A stretch of DNA of 64,000 bases from Gammaproteobacteria bacterium. GTDB lineage: Bacteria; Pseudomonadota; Gammaproteobacteria; Ga0077536. Numbering within the stretch: the first letter of the stretch is position 1; every line of letters begins with the position of its first letter. The stretch lies in contig JBLFWX010000014.1 in assembly GCA_047611805.1 (NCBI GenBank), positions 464-64,463 on the forward strand, given 5' to 3'. The position numbers and the translations under genes were made by a program. Shown here piece by piece: positions 29,988 to 40,345 of the stretch. The notes under the pieces are model-generated. The model saw nothing but the letters and a program-made list of their open reading frames with translations, was not told the origin of the DNA and ran no database searches.

Positions 29988-30381
29988 CCCATCATTTCAG
30001 AGTACGAACAGATTTGATACATCGAGTCGCCATGGAGCCCTCTTAGTCAAAGCGAGAAAAGCAGTGTCGGGGTTTTTTTTTCGATCCTTATCCTGTTTAT
30101 CTGAACTCCTTGTTCTGCCAGGAGCGCCATTTCTAGCAACCCGCGTGTCTCGGCACTCTCTTTTTTGCTGCCCGCAACTGGTCGCTTCGTACTCACTGTT
30201 GTTAGTAGTACCACCGTCCGCTAATCAGATTTAAGCAGTCGATCGATCAAAAATCACGTACCCTCGTCAACAGCCGACGCTGTGCGAAGCGAAAATCGTC
30301 AACGGATCGTTCGTCTGAGATCACGGGATCGTAACGACCAAAGTGAATGTAGCAGATGGAGTGATTTGTCGAAGCCCATGA

Positions 30382-30715
30382 TCGGGATCAAAAGATCCGT
30401 TACCGAATTGTCTAGAGGATTTCTTGCCTGAAGATGACCAAGTACGCGTTTTTGACGTCTTCATCAATGGTCTCAATCCAGAGCTCTCACGTTCGGCCGC
30501 GTACCCTGCAGCGATGGTTAGACCGGGCTACCGCGCAGTGAGGCTACGGTAACTTCATCATATACGGTGACCTTAATCGGTTGCGGTCGAACTGTCGCCT
30601 GGAGCACCGCGTAACCTAGAGTTGATGTGGTTACTACGGCGCTTGGCTGCCGATTTCAACTCCGCCGTTCATTTCGGCGAGAACAACGGACTGGAAATTC
30701 ACAAGTTTTTATTAC
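30382..30715 (+). mobile_element. degraded IS5/IS1182-type transposase N-terminal fragment (DUF772-like region)
   Basis: Three frames together read LPNCLEDFLPEDDQVRVFDVFINGLNPELSRSAAYPAAMVRPGY / IIYGDLNRLRSNCRLEHRVT / LELMWLLRRLAADFNSAVHFGENNGLEIHKF. These match the conserved LP..L.D.LPEDH.VR, GRPGY, YGYL..IRSSRKLE and MWL....PDF.TI..FR blocks. There are several stops and frameshifts, no catalytic DDE part and no terminal repeats. Confidence 0.65.
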
Positions 30716-31056
30716 GAACTTTAATCCCTCAATGTCGTCCCCTGTTCCGTAGTTCTCTGTCTTCTTTTCCGAAGATTCTCTACGGTCCGACCGGGAAATC
30801 GGTCGCTAGATTCACAATGATCAGTTCTTCACCGAATCCACACGTCGGGTGCTCAAAGCTATTGGCTGTAGGCGGGTCGTTGAGTATCAAATTATCGTTC
30901 GTGAAACCGTCACCTACGCCGCCAGGAATGTTGTCTAGGCCCAACGCATCGCGGACTCTCCACGCGATGATGTGATCAGTGCACGAGTCGTTCAAGGACG
31001 GCGCCTGCAAGGATGCGTCTAAGTTCTTAGCATGAAACGAACTTTGCTCGCTAAAA

Positions 31057-32049
31057 CTAGGCGCTCAATAAAAAGCTCGCTACAACGTCGAATAGTGCGT
31101 GCCGATTGCGCTCTAGCAACAAGGTATGTGTTCCACCGCCAACCACCGTCATGCGTTTCTCTGTCGCGCGGCTAAGCTTGCTAAATACGGCGGTCGCTTG
31201 CTCCGGGGTCGTCTCTTGATCAAACTCAGCGACAACGATCTGCGTCGGCGCCTTAATCAATCCGGGGTCGTACCACGGTTCGCCGCTAGTAGAGCAGTGC
31301 GTGTAGTCCTTCAGCACACCACTGGGTGCGCGCAATGCAGGCGGATCGGTGTCGTTTGCTTTGGGATCACATTGCACCACATCTTCACACCACTGCTTGA
31401 CGAATTCGGGTGCGACGATAAGGTCGATTTCGTCTTGGCTTAAGCCGATGCCCCATCGCTGCGCCGCGCTTTTCGCTTGAACCGTGCGATACGCCCCGAT
31501 TTCGACACTGATGCCGCGCGGTGCATTACCTTGCTCCACCCACAGCGCGCCGCTTAACACGAGACGTGATACTTTGTGTGGAGATTGCCCGGCATATGCA
31601 CCGCAAATGGCCGTTCCCCAGCTATAACCGATGAGACTGAGTTGATCCAATTCGGACTCACTCAGAATAAAACTAATCGCGCCCTCAATTTCTGCAACCG
31701 CATGCCGCGTATCGACCAGCGGCGCATTTTTCTCTGGCTGATCTTCCATTTCTCGTGGCCGATCTGATCCTCCATAGCCTAGGAGATCAATACACCACAC
31801 ATTAAAGCCGCTCAAGGCCATCCAATCCATCCACGAATATCCATCGACGGCATAATCAAACGTATAAGTCGAACCATAGGTCGCACCGTGCACAAACAAC
31901 ACGGTGTTTTGCGGTGTGCTGCCATCGAAATCGGTTGCGACTTTATTCCTGAGCAGTATTTCGTAGCCGGCTGTTGTACTAGCAATGCGATGATCGTGCT
32001 TAATAATTGCCGGGGTCTCGGCAGAGCTTTGCGTTTCGGTATTCGACAT
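31057..32049 (-). CDS. alpha/beta hydrolase
   Basis: 330 aa. Has HGATYGS and the nucleophile elbow GYSWGT. Overlaps the upstream formamidase stop by 1 nt. Confidence 0.75.
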   Translation of the reverse strand: MSNTETQSSAETPAIIKHDHRIASTTAGYEILLRNKVATDFDGSTPQNTVLFVHGATYGSTYTFDYAVDGYSWMDWMALSGFNVWCIDLLGYGGSDRPREMEDQPEKNAPLVDTRHAVAEIEGAISFILSESELDQLSLIGYSWGTAICGAYAGQSPHKVSRLVLSGALWVEQGNAPRGISVEIGAYRTVQAKSAAQRWGIGLSQDEIDLIVAPEFVKQWCEDVVQCDPKANDTDPPALRAPSGVLKDYTHCSTSGEPWYDPGLIKAPTQIVVAEFDQETTPEQATAVFSKLSRATEKRMTVVGGGTHTLLLERNRHALFDVVASFLLSA

Positions 32050-32987
32050 TATTCAAACACGACTGTCGGGAAATAGAAGGACACGATCCAGTTCGGCATG
32101 TCTACGATCTCGCTAATGCGGAGATCGGCACACACTGAACACAAGAGATAGGCGTCAATCGGACTCATTTGGTAACGCGCGGCCAATAGTTCAAGCATGT
32201 CGGCTACGGCCTGCTGTGCCGCACTCATGAGATCGGGACCAATACCCGTTGTTACCTCGTAACCTGCCGCATCGAGATGGCGACTCACGGGGCCCGGTGT
32301 CGTGAAGCGCGGGAACGCTAAGTTCGCGTTCTTGATCAATTCGAATTTCGCGGCGACGGCGATAGGACTCTCGATCGCAGTACCACAAATCTCACCGTCG
32401 CCTTGCGCCGCGTGGGTGTCACCGAGGCTGAACAAGGCGCCTGCCACTTCTACGGGTAGATAAAGTTCAGTGCCGAGTGCGATGTCACGAATATCCATAT
32501 TGCCGCCAACGCGGCGTGGCGGAATGATCGAATGCGGGCCCGATTCGGCGGGTGCCACGCCAATCGTGCCGCACATCGGTTTAAGCGGGACTCTCCCGCC
32601 AGGTCCGTAAAGCGCCGGGGCGATTGCGTCAGCGTCATACTTCCAGATATGTAAATGCGGATCGGGAAATTGATCCGCCAACAAACCAAAACCCGGGATA
32701 TTCGCAGTCCAACCAAACCCCGACGGCGTAAAGTCGAGTAAGGTCACCTTGAGCGCGTCGCCCGGTTCTGCACCATCGATCACAACCGGACCAACAACCG
32801 GATTCACTTGATCGAAATCAAGGGTCATGATGTCGGCAGCGCTCGAGTCGACGGTGATTTGTCCGTTGGAAGCGTCATGGGGGTGAAACTCAATGGTTTC
32901 CCCTGGAGCAACGGTAAGAACTGGCGGGTTGGCATTATCCCAACCGTAATGACCTTGATGACGATGGATTGTGTGTGCACATTTCAT
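32049..32987 (-). CDS. acetamidase/formamidase family protein
   Basis: FmdA/AmdA-like blocks: HYGWDNANPPVLTVAPGETIEF, GGNMDIRD, GDTHAAQGDGEICGTAIE. The start is set at ATG 32987; the listed ORF extends to 33074 from a weaker start. Confidence 0.8.
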   Translation of the reverse strand: MKCAHTIHRHQGHYGWDNANPPVLTVAPGETIEFHPHDASNGQITVDSSAADIMTLDFDQVNPVVGPVVIDGAEPGDALKVTLLDFTPSGFGWTANIPGFGLLADQFPDPHLHIWKYDADAIAPALYGPGGRVPLKPMCGTIGVAPAESGPHSIIPPRRVGGNMDIRDIALGTELYLPVEVAGALFSLGDTHAAQGDGEICGTAIESPIAVAAKFELIKNANLAFPRFTTPGPVSRHLDAAGYEVTTGIGPDLMSAAQQAVADMLELLAARYQMSPIDAYLLCSVCADLRISEIVDMPNWIVSFYFPTVVFE

Positions 32988-33206
32988 GCTTGGACGATGA
33001 ACGGGCGAGATAGAACTGTCAATCCTCGGCGCATTACTTTGTTCTCGATATCTGGTATCGGTGATAAGTTGCAATGAGGCGATTACAACTTTGTAGCGTT
33101 GCGATCGGGCGCATCGCTAAATAACGTTCTACCTACGGTCCTCACGATATTGGACCACAGTTGCGACGCGCCCTATGCTTCGCTCACTCACTTCGCGGAG
33201 AAGATT

Positions 33207-33722
33207 ATGAAAGTATTGCGCTGGATTGGCTATGGTCTCGTTGGCCTCATTGTTCTGGTTGGGGTCCTTATAATTGGGGCACGCTTCGCCGACGGCCCCG
33301 TCGAAATCATTGCCGGCGGCCCATTTAGATCGGGCGAGATGGTCACGGGCGCCGAACCCGATTGGCAGTTCATTCGCGACGTAGACACTGTCGAACTACA
33401 GTTGCACTCACCTGCCCGTTCGCGAACCACTTGGATCATTGAACACGACGGTAAGATCTATATTCCCTGCGGCTACATGAACACCGCCTGGGGAAAATTG
33501 TGGAAGAAGTGGCCAATCGAAGCAGAGAAAAACGGGCGCGCAATCCTACGAGTGGACGGTAAGCTTTACGAACGTCGTTTAGTCCGACTGAAAACCGGCG
33601 ACGCCTTAGAAGCTGTCGTGAGCGCGCTCGGCGACAAGTACCAGGTGCCCGCGACAGTGGCCGCCGTGAACAATAATTCTTTGTGGATATTTGGCTTGGA
33701 GCCCGTATCACAAGGCACTTGA
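33207..33722 (+). CDS. membrane-anchored hypothetical protein
   Basis: The start is set at ATG 33207, after GGAGAAG. The N-terminal TM helix is WIGYGLVGLIVLVGVLIIG. The soluble part (TTWIIEHDGKIYIPCGY...ILRVDGKLYERRLV) is faintly split-barrel/DUF385-like. Confidence 0.5.
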   Translation: MKVLRWIGYGLVGLIVLVGVLIIGARFADGPVEIIAGGPFRSGEMVTGAEPDWQFIRDVDTVELQLHSPARSRTTWIIEHDGKIYIPCGYMNTAWGKLWKKWPIEAEKNGRAILRVDGKLYERRLVRLKTGDALEAVVSALGDKYQVPATVAAVNNNSLWIFGLEPVSQGT

Positions 33723-33811
33723 ATCCCAGTCGGGTGAGCGATGGTGCCTGCCCCCATTGCTCCCGCATTGTTCGTCGAGTCAATTGGTGCAGACACCATT
33801 GACTCGCTCAG

Positions 33812-35098
33812 TCAGTCGAACAGTTTCTTGCCAGTAGCGAACAGCAAGAACACGGCCGCACCAAAAATAAATATTCCGGCCGCCAAAGCGAAGGCAACGT
33901 CGAAACTGCCTGTTTGCTCGACCAAATACCCCGTGATGAATACCCCAATAATACCGGGAATGGTGCCAGCCGTATTCGTAATGCCGAGCAGCACATCTGC
34001 GTAGCGCGGCGCGACGTCCAAATGGTTGGTCGCAAATCCTGACAACACAAACGACAGTAGGCCGAGCGAGCAACACATGTAGACGATCGCGAGCGTAGCC
34101 TGTCCGGGTTCGAGACCACGCACCAAGTATAGAAAAATTGCCGCACCGACCAGCCCGATCGTCTGTTGCTGTTTACGCACGTAGGTCACGGAGATACCGC
34201 GTCTGATCTGCGCATCAGCGATCCAGGCGCCAACGTTGGTCATAATGAACATTGATAACCAAGGTGCGGCAGATGCCAAACCTGCGCCGGTGAGCGACAT
34301 TCCCCATGCGGTTTTAAAATAGCTCGGCAACCAGGCCAATAGGACGTAGAAACCCCAGTTCGCGCAAAAATGATTAATGATAATCGCCCAAATGGCGAGC
34401 GATGAAAAAAGACCTTTCCACGGTATGTGATCGGCTTTCTCTGCTGGCCCGGTGCTCGCTTCAATGAGTGCGAGCTCTGCTGCACTTATCGTCGGATGCG
34501 TTTGTGGTGTATTCGTTACCAACCGTTGCCAGAAAAAGAACCAGACGATACCGAGGACGCCGAAAATATAAAATACCGACGGCCATCCGAAGCGTTCGAT
34601 GATCGGACCGGTGAGCACTAACGCCGACAAGGTACCTAGCGAGATTCCGCTGAACGTGACGGCAACAACGCGCGATTTTTCTGCTGCGGGGATCCAACGA
34701 CCGAACAAGTTGTACATCGACGGAAAGGCCATGCCTTCACCAATGCCCATCAATATTCGGGTGACGATCAAAATCCCTAGCGAGAAGGCCGCTGCAGGTG
34801 GTGTGAGGATCGTAAAAACTGACCACCACAGTACCGCGAAGCCGAGCACGAGCTTACCGCCGAGACGGTTAGCAAGTGCCCCCCCGGCAACTTGCGTCGC
34901 CATGTAGCCGATGAAGAATGACGAAAGTACGTAACCCTTGGTGGTATCCGACCAGCCGTATTGGTCTTGCATCGCTATCGCAGCGAGTGAGATGTTCACT
35001 CGATCGATGTAACAAATGAATGTTCCGAAAAAGCACAACCCAGCTAGGGTATAACGACGCGGCCATCGTGCGTCGTGTGTGACAGCGTCTGAAACCAT
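33812..35098 (-). CDS. MFS transporter (anion:cation symporter ACS-like)
   Basis: 428 aa and polytopic. Blocks CYIDRVNISLA and GGALANRLGGK are typical of ACS-type MFS proteins. Confidence 0.85.
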   Translation of the reverse strand: MVSDAVTHDARWPRRYTLAGLCFFGTFICYIDRVNISLAAIAMQDQYGWSDTTKGYVLSSFFIGYMATQVAGGALANRLGGKLVLGFAVLWWSVFTILTPPAAAFSLGILIVTRILMGIGEGMAFPSMYNLFGRWIPAAEKSRVVAVTFSGISLGTLSALVLTGPIIERFGWPSVFYIFGVLGIVWFFFWQRLVTNTPQTHPTISAAELALIEASTGPAEKADHIPWKGLFSSLAIWAIIINHFCANWGFYVLLAWLPSYFKTAWGMSLTGAGLASAAPWLSMFIMTNVGAWIADAQIRRGISVTYVRKQQQTIGLVGAAIFLYLVRGLEPGQATLAIVYMCCSLGLLSFVLSGFATNHLDVAPRYADVLLGITNTAGTIPGIIGVFITGYLVEQTGSFDVAFALAAGIFIFGAAVFLLFATGKKLFD

Positions 35099-35381
35099 AC
35101 GTCCCCCGTAGGCAGCCCGCAGGTTGCAGGCGGCGGTAGTCTACAATTCTACGCTGGCATTCTGATCAATTGATAGCCTTGTTGTACGTAGAAGGCTCCG
35201 AACCTTAGGGATTCCTGCGAGATCCGCAAAAATCAACGAGAGCTTGGCAGCCGAGACTGTCCAATTCGAGGATGATTTTGCGTCCCCGCGCAAACCTTAA
35301 TCGTGTTGTCCCATCAGCGACGATCATTAAGTCGATAACGAGTAACGACACCACATTGTTTTGTCACGTGGTATGTGAAAA

Positions 35382-36293
35382 CTAAAGCGTACTCGTACCG
35401 TTACTGGCGAGTCCAAGCATCGCAGCCGCTTGCAAGCGCGTCGCGATCGGACGCCCAAGCTGGCCACATAAATCAATCGCAGCCGTCAGTAATTCGAGGT
35501 TGCTTGGTTTACTACTGCCGGCATAGTCTTCTAGTCCAAGGCGTAAATGCCCGCCCGCTTCTAATGCCCAACGTGCCATGCCGCTTTCGATCACATCGCC
35601 ACCTAACACCGCGACAGCCCACGGCAATGAGCTTCCTTCCAATAATTCGAGATAAGCATCAAGAGCAGACTTCATTGGTGGGAAACCGAACGTCAGCCGA
35701 TCGCTGAAGTACAGCTTTATAAAAGCACCACGCGGCAAGGAGCCAGCCTTTTCGTGCGCGAGTGCATTGCGCAAAAAACCAGGTTCAAAGATCGCCATGT
35801 TCGGTGCGAGATTCCGCCGCCGACAATGATCAAACATCCATTCAATGTCAGCGACGCTATGCGAATAAACCATGCTCGATTCGACCTTTGGTCGCCCATC
35901 CCCCGCGAAGCCGCCGAGATTAACCGACCCCGGATCGACAAAAGCCATGCGCAGTAACTTTGCGTCGGAGAGTATTAATTGATGCGACCAACGCGCTTCG
36001 ATGTCGCCTGGCCAATTAGATGTCGGATACAACAAGGCATCGTCGACTTCTGCGTAAACGGCTCGATAAAATTCCGCGGCCTTGTCAGCCATCACTTGCG
36101 GCGACGCACCGCCTAGTTCACCCGGTTTACCTAAATCGTCGTGTTGATGAATGATCTGTGCACCCGCGCGCAAGCACTCGAGCGCGTCCGTGGTCAGTTC
36201 GTTGATCGATATCGGCACGTTGGGATTGCGAGATTTTCGTGTGGCACCATTCAGCGCGACCTCGATAATGACTGGTTTGTTTTGATGCTCCAT
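35382..36293 (-). CDS. 3-keto-5-aminohexanoate cleavage enzyme family (BKACE/DUF849) protein
   Basis: 303 aa. The N-terminus PVIIEVALNGATRKSRNPNVPISINELTTDALECLRAGAQIIHQH matches the BKACE signature. Confidence 0.8.
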   Translation of the reverse strand: MEHQNKPVIIEVALNGATRKSRNPNVPISINELTTDALECLRAGAQIIHQHDDLGKPGELGGASPQVMADKAAEFYRAVYAEVDDALLYPTSNWPGDIEARWSHQLILSDAKLLRMAFVDPGSVNLGGFAGDGRPKVESSMVYSHSVADIEWMFDHCRRRNLAPNMAIFEPGFLRNALAHEKAGSLPRGAFIKLYFSDRLTFGFPPMKSALDAYLELLEGSSLPWAVAVLGGDVIESGMARWALEAGGHLRLGLEDYAGSSKPSNLELLTAAIDLCGQLGRPIATRLQAAAMLGLASNGTSTL

Positions 36294-36420
36294 TCGCGTT
36301 CTCCCGAAGAATCGTTATCAACATTAGAAAAATGAGGCCGTCCTTTTAAACTCCTTCTGACGAGAACGATTACGTGATCCATGAGGATTAACTGGGTGCA
36401 GACCTATTCAATGAAAAAAG

Positions 36421-37140
36421 CTAGTTTGCCGCGCCACTACGAAACGCCTGTGCAGACAATCCTTGAGCTGTACCACTCGCATAGCTCGTGTACAGCGGCA
36501 AAAAATAATCAGCATCATGAGCAGTAAGACTAACGGATGGATGTTCAGCGACCACCTCGAACCAACGTAATAGACGCTTGCACTGGATCGGTATCTCAAG
36601 TCCTCGATAATAACTGAAAACGGCTTTTATACGTTCGAAAAATGGCCACATCGCCGCGTCGGCAAGTGACATTGTTGTTCCCATCCAATACGGCCCTGCC
36701 CCTTGGATTTCGCCGAGACGATGTTCCAAGAAGTTCAATCCCTCAATATTTTTCTCGCGCAAGACTTGCTGAGAGACAGCATCTTGTTCAAACAACAACT
36801 TGTACAACGTCGCAAGAAACACGCTATCGAAGTGTCGAATCTCGTTGCGCATGACCGCGCGTCCGCGTTCGTCGTTCGGACGCAACACCGCGCTGTCGAA
36901 ACTCGCGTCGAGATATTCATTCACGGTCGCCGATTCCCACAACAAAAAATCATCATGTCGAATGATCGGGACACGTTGGGTTGGTGAGAGGGCAACAAAC
37001 CAGTCTGGTTTGTTGTCGAGATCGATCTCAACAACATCGTGTTCGATCGCTTTCGCCCCGAGTACGATCCGCGTACGTTGGGCATAAGGGCAAATTTCGG
37101 AGGTATACAACGTTAGCTGTGTCATATGCTGCTCGATCAA
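36421..37140 (-). CDS. glutathione S-transferase family protein (Cys-type, omega/Grx2-like)
   Basis: LTLYTSEICPYAQRTRIVL...RVPIIRHDDFLLWESATVNEYL shows a thioredoxin-fold GST N-domain with a CPYA active site. Confidence 0.8.
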   Translation of the reverse strand: MIEQHMTQLTLYTSEICPYAQRTRIVLGAKAIEHDVVEIDLDNKPDWFVALSPTQRVPIIRHDDFLLWESATVNEYLDASFDSAVLRPNDERGRAVMRNEIRHFDSVFLATLYKLLFEQDAVSQQVLREKNIEGLNFLEHRLGEIQGAGPYWMGTTMSLADAAMWPFFERIKAVFSYYRGLEIPIQCKRLLRWFEVVAEHPSVSLTAHDADYFLPLYTSYASGTAQGLSAQAFRSGAAN

Positions 37141-37611
37141 TTTGTTCGTGGGCAGAAACTAGCATCTGCGAGGCCTAATTTATACAAACACGGAAGAACG
37201 GTTGCTCTGTGACTTCTGCTAACGAGCATTATCGATTGTTGCGCGAAGACTTAAGAGGTAGCAACTCCTTCAACGCGCCGAAGCGGTCGGTGCGATGCAT
37301 GAGATGTCGTTCGCCAGAGATAAACCGCTATGCGAGCCGTCAGCTGGCACCATAAGAGGCATTACAGCGTCACGAAAAAACGCGTTATTTGCCGAGTTCC
37401 TCGCGGGTCTGGTGAACGGCATGCGAATAACTACCAGAAAACTATGTCCCGACCAGCTTTCCTCCAAGGATAACTTTAAGACCCCTCTATCGAACGAACT
37501 TATGGCCTGCTCAACTATGCAGATCTTGACCGACGAAGGAGCAATAAATCGAGTCTGAATTCGTGGCACAATGGCGCGGCGTCTAGCTAACATCACGATG
37601 AGGTAACGTTC

Positions 37612-39228
37612 ATGAACGAATCGACGTCAAACGACATTGAACATTTCGATGCCATTGTTATTGGAGCGGGTGTCTCAGGGTTATATTTTCATTATCGGCT
37701 GCGCGAATTGGGTCTCAAGGTACGCGGTTTCGAAGCGGGCAGTGGGGTCGGTGGCACGTGGTACTGGAATCGTTACCCCGGCGCACGCTTCGACTCCGAG
37801 AGCTACAGCTATGGTTACTCGTTTTCGCAAGAGTTACTCGACGAATGGGAATGGAGCGAACACTTCTCGGGGCAACCTGAAAATGAGCGTTACCTTAATT
37901 ACGTCGCGGATAAGTTCGACCTCCGCCGCGACATTCAATTCAGCACGCGAGTCGCATCTGCTGCTTTTAATACTGCCGACCGAACTTGGTTGGTGAAAAC
38001 GGAAAACGGCCAGGCCGCAAGCGCGCGTTTTCTGATTCAAGCGACCGGCGTGCTATCGGCACCGTACGTTCCGACGATCGAAGGCGCGGATATTTACCAA
38101 GGGGAAACCTGGCATACATCCACTTGGCCGCGCGACCCGGTGGATTTAAGCGACAAGCGAGTCGGTGTAATCGGCACTGGTGCGACCGCGGTCCAAATGA
38201 TCACGGAAATTTCAAAAAACATCAGCGACCTAACTGTCTTTCAGCGCACTCCAAATTACGCGAAACCGCTGTTCAATAGCAAAATAACGCCGGAGGAACA
38301 GATCAAGATAAAGGCCAGCTATCCAGAAATTTTTGCGCGGTGCAATAGCACATTTGGTGGTTTCCTGCACGATTTCGACGAACGTTTAACCTTCGATGTA
38401 AGCGAAGAAGAGCGGCTCGAGTTCTACGAAAGAACGTGGAACGAAAAAGGCTTCGCGTTTTGGTTAGGATGCTTTTCCGATATCTTAACGGACCCAGCAG
38501 CGAACGAGCCGGTCGCTGAATTTGTTCGCAACAAAATTCGCGAACGAGTTAACGACCCTGAGGTCGCAGAATTACTGGCACCTAAATGCCATCCCTTCGG
38601 AACCAAACGCCAACCCATGGAAAGCGGCTACTACGAGGCCTACAACCGCGACAATGTACATCTCATTGATCTACATAAAACACCGATCGAACGCTTCACT
38701 AAAAAAGGCCTTGCAACGAGCGACAAAGAATATGAATTCGATATAGTCATCTATGCGACCGGGTTCGATGCCGTCACAGGTGCCTTAACGCGCATCGACA
38801 TTCGTGGAGAAAATGGTGTCGTATTAAAAGACCGTTGGCACGAATCACCGAGCGCTTATCTCGGTATGAGCACGGTCGGTTTTCCGAATATGTTTATCAC
38901 CGGGGGGCCGCACAATTCATCCAGTTTCTGTAATATCCCACGTTGTCTCGAACAAAACGTTGAATGGATCACGGATTGCATCGCCTACATGCGCGAGCAC
39001 GGACACACACGGATCGAAGCGAACCAGGACGCCGAAGATGCTTGGACCGATTTCGTGTTGAAGTCGGCCGACGAGACGCTCTTAACCAACGTGGACAACT
39101 GGTTTATGGGCTCGAACATTCCCGGCAAAAAGCGAATATTTCTGAACTATGTGGGCGGCGTGCCGCTGTTTCGCGAGCGCTGTGACGAATCTGCGGCGAA
39201 TGGTTATTCCGGGTTTACGCTCGCCTGA
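37612..39228 (+). CDS. Baeyer-Villiger monooxygenase (type I)
   Basis: 538 aa. Rossmann motifs GAGVSG and GTGATA. The fingerprint is present as YQGETWHTSTWP. About half of the residues look identical to the other BVMO by eye. Confidence 0.9.
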   Translation: MNESTSNDIEHFDAIVIGAGVSGLYFHYRLRELGLKVRGFEAGSGVGGTWYWNRYPGARFDSESYSYGYSFSQELLDEWEWSEHFSGQPENERYLNYVADKFDLRRDIQFSTRVASAAFNTADRTWLVKTENGQAASARFLIQATGVLSAPYVPTIEGADIYQGETWHTSTWPRDPVDLSDKRVGVIGTGATAVQMITEISKNISDLTVFQRTPNYAKPLFNSKITPEEQIKIKASYPEIFARCNSTFGGFLHDFDERLTFDVSEEERLEFYERTWNEKGFAFWLGCFSDILTDPAANEPVAEFVRNKIRERVNDPEVAELLAPKCHPFGTKRQPMESGYYEAYNRDNVHLIDLHKTPIERFTKKGLATSDKEYEFDIVIYATGFDAVTGALTRIDIRGENGVVLKDRWHESPSAYLGMSTVGFPNMFITGGPHNSSSFCNIPRCLEQNVEWITDCIAYMREHGHTRIEANQDAEDAWTDFVLKSADETLLTNVDNWFMGSNIPGKKRIFLNYVGGVPLFRERCDESAANGYSGFTLA

Positions 39229-39281
39229 GCTAGCGTGATCGTCAAGAACCCTCAGCAGAACCTGAGCACCGCGTACCGCCG

Positions 39282-39848
39282 TTAAGCACGTCGCGGTTGG
39301 AAGCGACGGACGACCCAAACGCCTGAGACGAACAACAACCACGCTCCCGGGATTGGAACCGGAGAGTAGACGTAGGTGAGCGAAGTGATCTCGGCTGATT
39401 GGCCTAATTGCTCGAATCCGTCGTTAATGTCGAAGAACACATCAAGCGCCGCAAAAGCGATATTGGTCTGCAACGAGAAATCGGCACTACCCGGAACGAA
39501 CAGACCGATCGACAGGCTTGTTACTTCTTCACCGGCGCCGATAAAATCATCAAGTAGTGCGAAGCTGGCGAGTGATTGTGAACCGGTCAGTTCTCCATTT
39601 CCAGATGACTGTACATCCGCTGAACCGTCGCAAGAAAATTCACCCGGGAATCCGCTGCAACTTGCTTCTATATTGATCTGATCGGCGAATACAGAGTGTA
39701 GTGTCGTGACGGTTGGATCGACTTTGACATAAAAGATTCCGAGCTCACCTTCGATGAAGGTTAGGACGTCGAATGCTTCGTCCACGTCATCTTGGTCGGC
39801 CGTAATATCGCCGTCGATGGAATAGAACACTGGGCTAGAAATATCCAC
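39282..39848 (-). CDS. acidic protein with VPLPA/PEP-CTERM-like C-terminal sorting signal; N-terminus probably missing or disrupted
   Basis: The C-terminus VPIPGAWLLFVSGVWVVRRFQPRRA has motif, TM helix and Arg cluster. The body is D/E/S/G-rich. The only start is GTG 39848 and there is no signal peptide. The frame stays open 53 codons further upstream with no ATG/GTG/TTG. Confidence 0.5.
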   Translation of the reverse strand: MDISSPVFYSIDGDITADQDDVDEAFDVLTFIEGELGIFYVKVDPTVTTLHSVFADQINIEASCSGFPGEFSCDGSADVQSSGNGELTGSQSLASFALLDDFIGAGEEVTSLSIGLFVPGSADFSLQTNIAFAALDVFFDINDGFEQLGQSAEITSLTYVYSPVPIPGAWLLFVSGVWVVRRFQPRRA

Positions 39849-40091
39849 AGTGACACGTACATCCGTTAACGTTCCGAGTGACGGATCGAACTTTGCAACG
39901 CCATTAACTGGGTTATCTAACAGTACGTCGGAATTTGGATCGAACGGATCATCACTCGTGTACGAATTACCTTCACCTGAGAAAAGTATCGAAATGTCCC
40001 GTGACCGTCATTTCGGCGGCGTCCGCGTTCGCAACCACCGTGAATACAATGGCATCGCGTTCGCGGACAACTCGATAGGCAGCTTGCGGTC

Positions 40092-40337
40092 ATGAGCTTT
40101 GTGCTTGGGGTCGAGGTGGGCGAGAACGCAATCGCGTACGCATTGGACGATGTGCGCATGCAATCCGTCAACGAAGATTATGTAGGCGCTAATGCTCTCG
40201 TTTTAATTCACGACAAAACCCGTGACGTAGCACAGGGGTTCAATCGCCGCTTGGATGATGAGCAACTGCATTTTCGTGTCGATTCATTCGAACGCGCTCC
40301 AACGAGCGCAATCACGCTATCGAGTCGCGTATATTAG
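40092..40337 (+). pseudogene. possible DUF3179-like fragment
   Basis: SFVLGVEVGENAIAYALDDV....VNEDYVGANALVLIHD......FNRRLDDEQLHFRVD resembles, from memory, the V.GV...G.A.AYP......VND.VGG.P....FDR.VDG..L.F core of DUF3179. Only ~80 aa are present and it ends 8 nt before the MATE gene. Confidence 0.3.
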
Positions 40338-40345
40338 CCCCCACG

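Noticed and set aside
30061-30085. A T9 run (ggggttttttttt) that looks like a terminator tail.
   Set aside because: No stable stem precedes it, and no plus-strand gene ends upstream of it.
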